DNA of 64,000 bases from Eledone cirrhosa (taxonomy: Eukaryota), in the NCBI GenBank assembly GCA_964016885.1, contig OZ024741.1, forward strand, positions 109,864,001-109,928,000, written 5' to 3'. The position numbers and the translations under genes were made by a program. Shown in pieces: positions 11,944 to 24,564 of this stretch. The notes below the pieces were generated by a model. It made no database searches and was not told the origin of the DNA. It saw only the letters and a list, made by a program, of their open reading frames with translations. Each line of letters begins with the position of its first letter. Position 1 is the stretch's first letter.

Positions 11944-13165
11944 GCTGGTATTGTTGTTGTTGTTGTTGTTATTGTTGTTATATTCTCTTTTTTTTTTATC
12001 CTGCATGTTGTTTCAGCTGTCAGTTTTACTAATGCTGTAGTCATGGCAACAGCATACCGCAATCTCCACCACCACCACAACCACCACCACTGCAACCCCC
12101 ACAACCACAACAACCACCACAACTGCCACCACAACTGCCACCACAACCACCACAACTGCCACCACAACCACCACAACCACCACAACCACCACAACCAACA
12201 CCACAACCACCACAAACACCACCACAACCACCACAACCACCACCACAGCCAACACCACAACCACCACAACCACCACCACAACCTCCACAACCACCACAAC
12301 CACCACCAAAACCAACATCACGAACACCACAACCACCACCACAACCACCACAACCAGCACCACAACCAACACCACAACCACCACATTCACCACCACAACC
12401 ATCACAACCACCACAACCACCACAACCACCACCACAACCACCACCACAACCACCACAACCACCACCACAACCACCACAACCACCACCACAACCACCACAA
12501 CCACCACAACCACCACCACAACCACCACAACCACCACCACAACCACCACCACAACCACCACAACCACCACCACAACCACCACAACCACCACAACCACCAC
12601 AACTACAACCACCAAAACCACCAAAACCACCACAACCACCACCACAACCACCACAACCACCACAACCACCACAACCACCACCACCACAACCACCACAACC
12701 ACCACAACCACCACAACTACCACCACAACCACCACAACCACCAAAACCACCAAAACCACCACAACCACCACTACAACCACCACAACCACCACAACCACCA
12801 CCAAAACCACCACCACCACCACCACAACCAACACAACCACCACAACTACCACCACAACCTCCACAACCACCTTTACTATCACCACTAACACCACCACCAC
12901 CACCACAACAACAACCACTATTACTATCACCACTAAAGACCACCACTACAACCCCCACAATCGCCACAACAACCATTATTACTCTGACCACTACCATCAC
13001 CTCATCCACTGACACCAACATCCCCACCACCATCACAACAACCACTGATACTATCACCACCACCTCCACCTCCATCACGACCACCATCGTCATCATCTCT
13101 ACCACTACCACTACCACTACCACCATCATCACCATCGTCATCATCACTATCACCACCACCAACAG
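11520..13165. repeat. Compound trinucleotide low-complexity tract ((TTG)n, then (CCA/CAA)n)
   Basis: Direct reading; about 830 bp of ccacaaccac variants at 12065-12900. Confidence 0.95.
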
Positions 13166-13272
13166 ACACATAAATGAGCAAATTTGACAAAATCAAGAGT
13201 TAAACCTATCGAGAGGATTGGCAAAATTGGTGAAGCGTCGGACAATATTTCTTTGCCATATTTAGTTACGGT

Positions 13273-13490
13273 AGGGCGGTGGATTGGCAGTATCGGTAGA
13301 ACGTCGGACACCATGATTTTCAGCATAGAGTTAAGCCCGTTTACGTTCTCAGTTCAAATCCCGCCGAGATTAACTTTGCCTTTCATCCTTACGGGGTCGA
13401 TAAACTAAAACACCAGTAATGCACTGGGGTCGATTTAATCGACTTTCCCCTACTTCCAAATTACTGGCCTTGTGCCTATACTAGAAATCC
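13273..13490 (+). mobile_element. tRNA-derived SINE, full length
   Basis: Same family as 11306-11520; preceded by a partial head at about 13213-13270. Confidence 0.8.
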
Positions 13491-13854
13491 TATTTAGTTA
13501 CGGCTTTTCAAATAAAGTACCAGTAATTGCCTAGGGTGCGTGTGATCTATTTAATATTCACATGATGCATACAGTTATGAATGGAAAAGTAATGAAAGTC
13601 TAAAAGAGTAACTGGCTTGAAAAGTGTCATATATACTTCAGTGCTTCTGCATAGAGTCTCACATATCAGTGGCACCATATAGAGTCACACACCAATGACT
13701 GCACATAGAGTCACATCTCACTGGCCCTGCTATTGAACAGACATATTACACGGTATGCACTGGCTGAATAATATTACACGTGTTCACACTATTTCTCTCA
13801 TTTGAAACGTTCCGGATATTGGGTAGATAGAGGAAACTTCCTACATCTATGTCA

Positions 13855-13891
<37 letters not shown>

Positions 13892-14070
13892 CATACATAC
13901 ACACTCATAAACACCGACACACCCATTCATAAATATATATATATATACTAACATACGCATATACATTTATGCATACATACACATTCATAAACACACACAT
14001 AAACACTCACACACATGTATATGCAGACTTATTCTGAAACCACTTGGCGCCGTGGTCGGGATTTTTCCAA

Positions 14071-14151
<81 letters not shown>

Positions 14152-14240
14152 GTGTGTGTGTGTGTGTTTAATGGTAGCTATGGTGCTTCCATAGGCGGTA
14201 TGCCAGTTGAGCACTCTATGTTCTTACAGAGCAGAGTGTG

Positions 14241-14476
14241 ATATAATATAAAACGAAAAATCAGTGATGCACCTGGACTCAGTTTATTGTGTGTTACAAT
14301 TGTTTCACCGGCAGATAGCTCGAGACAGGATCATTGTATGGATCTGTCTGATTCTAGATCTAGAATCAGACAGATCCATACAATGATCCTGTCTCGAGCT
14401 ATCTGCCGGTGAAACAATTGTAACACACAATAAACTGAGTCCAGGTGCATCACTGATTTTTCGTTTTATATTATAT
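14241..14476. repeat. Perfect 236-bp palindrome carrying half-hammerheads
   Basis: Centre TAGA|TCTA at 14358/14359 with no spacer; GAAAC-AATT-GTA at 14411-14422 and its mirror; AATAAA downstream. Confidence 0.9.
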
Positions 14477-14487
14477 ATATTTTATAT

Positions 14488-14616
<129 letters not shown>

Positions 14617-14780
14617 AATGATAGTGGGTAAAATAGAAGTTGCAGCTACGGCAGCATCTCTCGAAAGAACGATCCTCAGAAGCTTGCACGAGCACTCGAT
14701 AAGATGATATCGATAAATCGAAAAATTAAATCTTAGAGTAATAAACATACGTTAAAGGTGTGATAAATTGAAAATTGTGG

Positions 14781-14844
<64 letters not shown>

Positions 14845-15637
14845 ATGTAGATATATATATATATATATTTATATATATGTATATATATATGTGTATATCT
14901 ATATATATATTTATATATATATATATATATATACGAAACGAAAGGAGCTGTGTGGATACTAAAAACAAGGTTTAAGATGGTGCTTAGGATGGAACAAGAG
15001 GAGAAAAGAAGAAAGAATCCTTCGTCAAATGTAAAAAATCCGCGATCGGTTGTTTCGGGAGCGCCCAAGGCCTTTTATTAATCAAAAGACCAGGAGGAAA
15101 AGAAGAGAGAAAGCAGAGAGAAAAAGGAGAGAAAAAGGAAGGAAAAAGAGGGAAAAGAGGAAGAACAAGGGGGGGGGGGTAGTAAGGAGAGAGGAATGAA
15201 AAGAGAATGGAAAAAGGGAGAAAAAAAGGAGAAAAAAACAGGAGAAAAAAGGTGAACAGATCCCATCGTGGGAAGACACAGGACAAAGAAACATGCAAAT
15301 GAGTGACCGTGAAAAAATAGGAAAAGTAAGTTGTAGCCAACCTGATAGACTTAAGCCTGGTGGTGGGCTCCGACTCGAAGACGGTATAAATCGTGTTGAC
15401 TATCTCGTAGACGAGAGAGGCACGAGCAACCGCAAGTTAGAGGGAGAAGGGAAAGGGAGATAATCCAAAAAGGGTTTTTACGACGGTGGTAAAAAGGTGT
15501 CGGAAAGGATTTCGAACAGAGAAGTTTTTACGACACGTGTAAACATGTGAACAATCAAAACCGAACGGATGGATAGAGAGAAGGAGGGAGAGAGAAAAAA
15601 CGAGTGTGAGGAGGAGAAGGGGAGGGTCGATGCGAAA

Positions 15638-15717
<80 letters not shown>

Positions 15718-15796
15718 ATAATAATAAATTTGAAGACTAAAATCCAAAGAGGGCTCGACAGGGATAAATATATATCAAATATATAAGAACCGTAGA

Positions 15797-15833
<37 letters not shown>

Positions 15834-15892
15834 TAAGTTATTCCGGGTTGAATCGGAGGTAACCACAGTAAGGTACTCAATACATAGCAGAG

Positions 15893-15959
<67 letters not shown>

Positions 15960-16614
15960 ATATACATATATATGTATATAAAATATGTATATATATATAT
16001 ATAATATTAAGGATTCTATTTATGGTTATGTATATACTAAAACTTTTTATAGTTATGTATATTTTAAACCCTAAACAGTGAAAGTCAGTAATTTATTACT
16101 ACCTTATTACCAGTAAGATAAATAGCTCAATGTAATAACATCAGTTGTTCTTATCCGCTTAAAGTGCTTGTATTACATGTAACACCCTGCCACACAATAA
16201 TCAAATATAAACGGGACACACTTGCATGCCCCACGTGTAACTAACGCATACACTAACTACTACATCTGACTAACAAACTATGGTCTTGCATTATCTGTGT
16301 TACCTGACGAATGTATTTTAATTTTGTTTTAATTTTGTTTTAATTTTAATTTTGATTTGATTTTGAATTTGAATTGCTATACAGAAATAATATAGTATAA
16401 TATATGTCACTCCACTGTACATCAATATATATATATATGTATCTGTATGTCTCTTGCGTTGGAAAGGAGGTCAATTATGTGTACAAACATTGAAAAATGC
16501 TCCGAACACTCCAAGTCTAGGTTTGGATGAAACAATTGTAAGTGAATAAATGCTTTGAACATAGCTTTGATTCTTGTGAATTCTATATATATATATATAT
16601 ACATTTATATACAC

Positions 16615-16652
<38 letters not shown>

Positions 16653-16799
16653 TTTTTTCCGTTGTGTTGTAATATAAATATTACACACAGTAGATTATCA
16701 GCTCACGTAGAGTTTGCTCGACGGTTCCAGTTGTAGTTCTAAAAGTAATCCGGAGAAAAATAGAAAGATTTGAATGGATACAGTTTAGTTGAAAGGAAT

Positions 16800-16916
16800 T
16801 TATTGACACGTGTTTCTATAACAGTTACATAACCTAAAACAGCTATCTACAAACTTTTAGTTATGCAGACATTCAATATTTCAATGTTATTGTTTACTGT
16901 CATTTCATCAGAATAA
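16800..16916 (-). ncRNA. Type-I hammerhead ribozyme in the PLE 3' pseudo-LTR
   Basis: UUAUU-CUGAUGA-long helix II (AUGACAGU/ACUGUUAU)-GAAAC-ACGU-GUC^-AAUAA. Confidence 0.85.
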
Positions 16917-17506
16917 TATTACTGAGGACCTATTTAGTTTTTATAGAGAATATTAGGAGGAAGGGGTGAAGTTGTTAGAAGAATAGTTGAAGGAGTGGTT
17001 TTTCGATAGCAGTGAGAATTCTTGGTGGCAGTGATTAATTAGATTCCCATCTGTTGTTTTGACATTTTTTATAGAATATATTATTGGTTATTTTTCTAAA
17101 TCTATAGAAGGATTAGAGATAGTAAAGATATGCGTGGTTGGTTTTGTGTTTGCACTTAACATTCAGACTTAAATTTTTCTTTCAAGTGTACGTATTCTTT
17201 CACCCACGCATTCACACACAAATATATTTGCACACCTCTACAAAATACATATACTCACAATTCACATATTCATACTTACATATATATACACATGCATACA
17301 CATATATATACACACTTGTATTCATGTACATACATACGCGCTCATGTGTATACATTTTTATACTCAACTTATCTTTATATATACACACGTATAGACACAC
17401 ACATATATACATACATACTCTAGTCCATGTGTACACACATACACATACATACACATCCATATACACATACATACATACACACATATATATACATACATAC
17501 ATATAC

Positions 17507-17551
<45 letters not shown>

Positions 17552-17568
17552 CATATATACACACATAT

Positions 17569-17601
<33 letters not shown>

Positions 17602-17870
17602 AGCACTTTAATACATGAATACACTTACATCTAACTATACACATCAAACATATATATATATTTACTTATTTATATACATTTTCACATATATATACATACT
17701 TATGGACGTTTTTAGACACATTCATTATCGCATATTTGTACCTATTCTCATCAGCATATCTTTTCATTATTAGTATGGTAATTTAAGGTTATTAATATAT
17801 GTTGAAAAGAGATTGTTTTTATATTTTTCTAACTAGATTAAGGTTTATATAGTTGGGGGATGTCCCTCTT

Positions 17871-19082
17871 TTATGTAATATTCGGCTTGTAGTGGGAAAA
17901 AAGGGTTTTAGTTCTGTGACGGCAGAATAATGTTCGTTCAATTCTGTTATTCAGCAGTTTCTTCTTGTGTGTGATTATGTAATAAATCTCAAGATTACAC
18001 AATTTGCAGAAATTTTGGCTCCTGGAAAAGCTTTGGGTTTTAGCTAATTTTTCCCATTTTAGGGTAAACTTTTGATTGCTATCCCTGAGCGTCCAAGCTT
18101 TCTCTGCTAAAGTTGTTACATTTCTTTGGCTCTGGTGTTTTATTGAGTAAGAATGCCTATACAATCGAGATTTAAACGATGTTGCCGTTGATCCCACGTA
18201 ATACCACTCGTTGCCTCCGGATTTAATGGTACACTTATAAATAATATTTTTTTCTAGGCAGTTATTGCCGAGGGGGCAGTTGTCAGGATAGGTGCAGTTA
18301 CAGTTGTGTACGTTGGGTTTTCTCTGGAGTAGTATTGCGGACGAACTTAGGTGTGGTTTATTTATGTTCTGTAGTGTATTGTCTACTGTTTTTTTGGGGT
18401 TCTTTGTACTTAAGTTCTTAGTGTTTTCGTTTAACCTTCTAGTATTGATCTTTTTTATGTGTTGTTCAAGGTTTAACGCTGTAGAGTATGACAGTCTTAT
18501 AGTGGTAGGGTTTAGGATTTTGTGGTATTTGTGTGATGTGGGAAAATGTCTTTTAATTATTTTAAAGAAGAGTACTGGTAAATTTGTACTAATGGAGCTA
18601 TTGTATTCGGGGTTATACCATAAGTACTCTTTGCATCGCTTTCTATTAGTTTTGTTTGTTGGTTTACTGGTGTGCATACTATGGTAGTAAGTGTGGTTTG
18701 GTGTTGTGTTATTATATCTACCTATGTGGGATTTATTTTGGGTGTTTTGATTGTTCCCATCTATGTACTCTATTTTGTTGAGGTAGCCTGCTTTACTAAG
18801 GGCGTTATCGTAGTACTCGGCGTGTTCCTTAAATACTTGTATGTTAGAAGATAGACCCGAGATTCTAAGGGAAATATTTTTAGGGATAGATTTAATTATA
18901 GAGATGGGGTGGTTAGACCCAACATTTACGTATTTGAGATTTTCATTCAATTTATGAAACGGTTTAATCAAACCAGAGTTTAAATTGAGTGTGACATCCA
19001 GGAAGTTAACTACTTTAAGGTTGTATTCATATGTTATAGTTAGTCCTATTTCGAGTAGTAGTTTTCTTATATCTGCCACCAA
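17871..19082 (-). CDS. PLE polyprotein C-terminal part: RT thumb, Zn-knuckle linker, GIY-YIG endonuclease (5'-truncated; the listed start is not real)
   Basis: VNFLDVTLNL...PFHK...YVNVGSNHP (RT thumb); CNCTYPDNCPLGNNC (CxCx5Cx5C); NIIYKC...YYVGST..FKSR..H; CKLCNLE...LLNNRIE...CRH; about 400 uninterrupted codons. Confidence 0.9.
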   Translation of the reverse strand: MVADIRKLLLEIGLTITYEYNLKVVNFLDVTLNLNSGLIKPFHKLNENLKYVNVGSNHPISIIKSIPKNISLRISGLSSNIQVFKEHAEYYDNALSKAGYLNKIEYIDGNNQNTQNKSHIGRYNNTTPNHTYYHSMHTSKPTNKTNRKRCKEYLWYNPEYNSSISTNLPVLFFKIIKRHFPTSHKYHKILNPTTIRLSYSTALNLEQHIKKINTRRLNENTKNLSTKNPKKTVDNTLQNINKPHLSSSAILLQRKPNVHNCNCTYPDNCPLGNNCLEKNIIYKCTIKSGGNEWYYVGSTATSFKSRLYRHSYSIKHQSQRNVTTLAEKAWTLRDSNQKFTLKWEKLAKTQSFSRSQNFCKLCNLEIYYIITHKKKLLNNRIERTLFCRHRTKTLFSHYKPNIT

Positions 19083-19187
19083 GAATTCTCACTGCTATCG
19101 AAAAACCACTCCTTCAACTATTCTTCTAACAACTTCACCCCTTCCTCCTAATATTCTCTATAAAAACTAAATAGGTCCTCAGTAATA

Positions 19188-19304
19188 TTATTCTGATGAA
19201 ATGACAGTAAACAATAACATTGAAATATTGAATGTCTGCATAACTAAAAGTTTGTAGATAGCTGTTTTAGGTTATGTAACTGTTATAGAAACACGTGTCA
19301 ATAA
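19188..19304 (+). ncRNA. Type-I hammerhead ribozyme (inverted pseudo-LTR copy)
   Basis: TTATT-CTGATGA(19193-19199)...GAAAC(19288)-ACGT-GTC-AATAA. Confidence 0.85.
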
Positions 19305-19338
19305 ATTCCTTTCAACTAAACTGTATCCATTCAAATCT

Positions 19339-19383
<45 letters not shown>

Positions 19384-19480
19384 AATATATATATATAAAC
19401 CACAAACTCTGAAGCTGGTAAAGGAAACAAATAAATATTCTTAAAAAGGTTCCAGTTGCATTTTCTGTTTTGTCTTTTTT

Positions 19481-19574
<94 letters not shown>

Positions 19575-19765
19575 CGTTTCTGAATTTGTTTAGCAAGATT
19601 CTTTATCTGAAATCATGTGTTGAAACCGATATTGTTATACTTTGGGAGGGTCATGTTGCCAATAAGAAACACACGCACCAGTTGCTTTCACTTCAATTTA
19701 TTATATATTTATAAATTTATAAATTTATAAATTTCTGGTTGGTTGGTTGGTTCCACAACCAGATA

Positions 19766-21143
19766 GTTGTTTATATATAGTCATAGTTCTTTCGTCACAC
19801 ACTCTGTGACCTCTTCAGTGACTGGGATTCCTTTCTTTGTTTCTGTGCCTCTCCTTTGTTCTGTCCTACGCCATTTTGTTTCTGTGTGTGTGTTGTGTGC
19901 TCAGTCTGCGCATGCGCCACATCCGGGTGTCTGTGTGTGTTTATGTTCATTTATTTATTTGTTTCTTTACATGTTACTGGTTGGTTGTTTGTTCTATGTG
20001 TGTGTGTGTTTTCATTTTGTCCTTAATTGTAAGTTGTGATGTTGCTGTTCCACTCATATTTTCTATTTAATTTTGGTTGTAATTCTTTTATGTTTATTGC
20101 CTCTGTAATTTGTCTAAACATTGCGTCTTTTCTGTGTGTAGATTCTATTTTTATTTCTATGTTCTCTAATTTACCCTTGTGTTCTATCTTAGCATGTTGG
20201 TAGAGTACAGATGATTCTTTATTATCTTGAAGGTCTCGCCAGTGTTCATTTATTCGTTCCCCTACACTACGAGCTGTCTCACCTATGTACACTATATTTT
20301 TGTCTCTACATTGTCCTTCAGTACATCTTATGCTATACACTACATTTCTAGTTTTACAGTTAATATGGGGGCTTATTTTACAGGTTATACATTTCTTATC
20401 TATACATGAGGGTCTTTGAAAAGGGTATGTCTTGCTAATAAGTGTTTTTACGGAGGTACCTGGTCTTTCTACTATCTTAATATTGAGTTTATGTTTATTT
20501 AGGGCCCTTCTAAATTTGTAAGCTAATTCACCTCTAGGGGTTGTATCGATGAACATCACACTCTGGTATTTATTGCTATCATACCATGAGTTTATTCTAT
20601 TGGCCTTGTTCCTAGTTCTTTCTATTCTATTCCAAAATTTGCTCCTATACAAGGGGCAGGTCCCATTTATGTCATTATTTACCATTTTTTCCCATTTGGT
20701 TCTGGCTCCTCTATACACTCTGATTTTATCTCTCTGATTGTAGCCAGAGAACTGCATACGGTGGATGAAGTGTTGTATGTGTCTCTCTAGTTCTTCGGGG
20801 GTTGCACATGCGGGACACATTTCTCATCACCCGTACCAAATCCGCAATCAGTATGTTGATTTTGGTATGGTCCGAAATGGCCGAGTTTCGGTGGATCAGA
20901 TGTTTGGAAGTCATGGGTTTGGCATAATGGGAATGGAGGATTTGTTTTTTGTTGTTAATGGTATCTAACCAGAGCTCTGTGTCTAGTACAGGTAATCGAT
21001 GGTTGGGGTGTTTACTTGGGTAGTCTATAGTAATTCTAATGCTCTGGTGGATGGAGTTTGCTATTTGCTGGATGCTTTCCATTGTGTTTTTCTCTAGTTC
21101 CTGACTGTTCTCTAGTGGGGGTGTCTTAACTACGATGTTTATA
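19766..21143 (-). mobile_element. 5'-truncated Penelope-like element (Nematis-like), frameshifted
   Basis: ORFs 20726-21082 (RLPVLD...HYAKPM...LVRVMRNVS) and 20023-20820 (SGY, FIDTTPRGELA, CIDKKCITC, NVVYSIRC...YIGETARS..ER..EH) join by one frameshift near 20815. Confidence 0.85.
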
Positions 21144-21159
21144 TAGTAATATACGCGAA

Positions 21160-21744
21160 CGGCAAAGCATAAATGAATTGAGAGAGAGACTGAGCATAAG
21201 AGAAATCAAATGCTGTGTGCAGGAGAGGCGATTGCGTTGGTATGGATATGTGATGCGTATGAAGGATGACAGCTGCATAAAAAGGTGCAAGAGCACTAGA
21301 AGTCAATGGAAACCGCGGAGTGGGGAGACCCAAGAAGACCTGGGATGAGGTCATAAAAGCCGACCTTACCCAATTACACCTCTCAAAGGCGATGACACAC
21401 GACCGTGACCTCTGGCGTCACGCAGTAATACAGAGTACCCGACCTCCCATGGGCACAAGCTCAAGCATATAGACAATATACCCCCACGCCCTCCCACTGC
21501 AAAGTGGTCGTGAAGGTGCAAAAAAGCACCCAGCCCACACTGTAAAGTGGATGTGTAGGCGCCACGGAAAAAAGCATCCAGCACTCACTGTAAATGAGGT
21601 TGGTGTTAGGAAGGGCATCCAGCTGTAGAAATCAAGCCAAAATCAGTTCCTGTATGAGCAAGGCATGGTCAGCCGACCAGACACTGCCCACAACAGGACA
21701 ACCCGTCTAACCCATGCTAGCATGGAAGAACGGACGTAAAACGG

Positions 21745-21793
<49 letters not shown>
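21160..21793 (+). mobile_element. RTE-like LINE 3' end with (GAT)n tail
   Basis: VQERRLRWYGYVMRMKDD...GRPKKTWDEVIKADL, then 3' UTR and (GAT)n at about 21745-21793. Confidence 0.75.
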
Positions 21794-21985
21794 ATATTTC
21801 CGCTCATTTTAATAATTTTGGTATCTCAAATTAATACCATTGAACAACCACTGTTATAGACACCATGTATATTTCCGTGGGTACTTAGTACCTACTGGAA
21901 TATTTATATTATTTATTTGTATTCGCTTTCTATGTAGAGAAAAAAATGTGTGACAAGGCTTACCCTTTGAGTTACAATTACAGTC

Positions 21986-22170
21986 AGGTGAATTGGCAGT
22001 ATCGGCAGAGGGTTGGACGCCATGCTTTCTAGCATAGTTACGTCCCTTTACAGTCTGAGTTCAAATCCCGCCGAGGTTAACTTTGCCTTTCATCATTACG
22101 GGGTCAATCAAATAAAGTACCAGTAATGTACTGGGTAATTGCTGCCCTTGTGCCTAAAGTAGAAACAATT
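21986..22170 (+). mobile_element. tRNA-derived SINE
   Basis: Same family as 5868-6044. Confidence 0.8.
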
Positions 22171-23393
22171 ATTGTTTAAGAGATTGAGTATTCCATAGAC
22201 ACGTGTATCTTTAACGTAATTCTAAGGGAGAATCAGAATGACACAGTGTGTAACAAGGTTGGCCCTTTGAATTACCTATACAGATTTTCTTATAGTATTA
22301 CGAAGCGAGCAATACCTTAACTCAGATACTAGAAACACACACACACACACACAACACAAACTAATTTGTCATATATTGAAGTTGGAACAACGGAGCGGCG
22401 GCTACGGGCGTAAATGTGCGGGCGGGGTGGACGAGGCGTCAGATCGAGAACTAGTGTCTCTAACTATGTACCTATATTGAAAGCCGACGGCTACAACGAA
22501 AAGCGCCCTTCACTAAGCTCGTCCGATTGCCAAGACCCTCCCAGGAATAAATGGGCAAAGAAGAAGAAAATCAATTGAACCTTTCTTGTAACGTTTTTCT
22601 GTGGCTTTTCAAAGACAGATTTATAGCTTTGAACTTACGTCTCTTTAAGGTGCTGAGTTTAAACCATGCTGTGGTCAACCTTATCATTCACCTTTCGAGG
22701 GTCCTTAAAATAAATCGACTTTCACTCTTCCTCCATCTAAAAAGTTAATGGGCTTTGTGCCAAAATTAGAAAATATTTATATTAAAACATCAATGTTTGT
22801 GTTTTCTCATTGAAAAGATGCCGTGTGTGTATGTGTGTGTATGTGTGTGTTGTGTGTGTGTCTGTTTGTGTGTGTTGTGTGTGTGTCTGTTTGTGTGTGT
22901 ACTTATATATATATATGTGTGTATGCATCTGTTTAAATATATGATTTTCGGTGAATATGTGTTCTAATATCTATGTTGATGCGCACACGCGTATGATAAG
23001 GAAAGAGAGACAGAGAGAATGTAACAGAAGCAGGAAGAAAGAAGGAGAGGGGGGAGGAGGAGGAGGGGTGAAAGTCAGAGAAAGAGAGAGACTGAAAGAG
23101 AGAGCAACAGAGAAATAGAGAAAGGGAAAGAGAAAATTGATAGAGACAGAGAAACAGACAGAGAGATAGAGGGAGGGGGAGCTTGAGAGCCCGGTGTGAT
23201 AAGTATTTGATATGTCAACTCTCCTCCCCCTCTTCCTCCTACCCGATATAAAAACAACTAAAAAAAAAATAATTTCCTTTAAGCAAGAAGTTGGCGCCAA
23301 AAGTTCAAAACCGCTTATCTCTCCGTCGGACAGTCTATATTGATGGTTTTATGATGTACTACAAGTTACTTCTTGTATAGGTCCAGAGTGGAG

Positions 23394-23469
<76 letters not shown>

Positions 23470-24406
23470 GCAGTGGATGAGATGGGGTTGCATGGGGTGA
23501 GATGGGGGTGTCTACTTTCTTTATCTCAGGTGATGTCTTGTATAAATAACAAAGAACCACCTCACTCTCTATCTTTCTGTGTCTGTCTATCTATTTGTTC
23601 AGTTATCTATCTATCTATCTATCTATCTGTGTTTGTCTGTCTGTCTGTCTGTGGATCAATCTGTTTGTATATTTATTAATCTATCTGTCTCTCCGTCTAT
23701 ATATCTATCTATCTATCTATATATTTATCTATCTATCTATTTATCTATCTGTCATACTATCTCACATTTTCTTTACTCAGATGTCTTTCCTATTATTGTA
23801 TAGATGTATAGATCCCAATGTACCCTAGACAGATACATTGAGAGAGAGAGATGGGGGGGGGAGAGAGACGTTAAGACTGAGAAAGAGAGGGAGAGAGGAG
23901 GATGGACGTGAAGACAGAAAAGAGAAGGACGGACGTTAAGCGAGAGAGGGGAGCAGGCGTGAAGACAGAGAGGGGGTGCGGGAGACAGGCTTGAAGACAG
24001 AAAGAGAAAAAGGCAGCGAGAAAGAAGAACTGATATGTATAAATACATCTCCAAGACTCTCCTATTTCTTAATCCCTTTGTCATTTCTACCCCCTTCACC
24101 GTTCTCTCTCTGTTTTCTTTTTATCTCCCTTTGTCTCCCTATTCCAACTATTTCTCTTTACACCTTTGTGTTCTTAATCACCTCTCCCGTCTCTGTCTCT
24201 CTCCCATCTCTCTCTTTCCCTCTCATTCTCTCTCACTCTCTCTCTAGCTTTGTTTCATTATCACTCTTATATTTATCTCTGTTTATCCATTTGACTTTTT
24301 ATTCATCCCTCTCTTTCTCTTCCCTCTGTCTTTTCTGCCCCACTTTGTGTCTCTTTATCTTCCTTTCTCTTCAACATTCCCAGAAAAGACACACCATATC
24401 CCTATT

Positions 24407-24446
<40 letters not shown>

Positions 24447-24487
24447 GGAGGGGGGAAAGAGAGAGAGAATGTGTGTGTGTCTGCCTG

Positions 24488-24556
<69 letters not shown>

Positions 24557-24564
24557 CTTCTGTT

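Larger units (their letters stand above)
16650..19343 (-). mobile_element. 5'-truncated Penelope-like element (Naiad-type) with inverted 5' pseudo-LTR
   Basis: RT-thumb/GIY-YIG ORF; 271-bp inverted repeat 16761-17031 / 19073-19343; a hammerhead in each arm; (TA)n at both ends. Confidence 0.9.

Noticed and set aside
11541-13196. Long ORFs (His/Asn-rich 367 aa, Gly/Cys-rich 376 aa, poly-Val, poly-Trp)
   Set aside because: Open in most frames because the (CCA/CAA)n repeat lacks stops; no splice or codon evidence.
17871-19082. Selenoprotein-type Naiad (in-frame UGA plus SECIS)
   Set aside because: No in-frame TGA in the retained ORF and no SECIS recognised.
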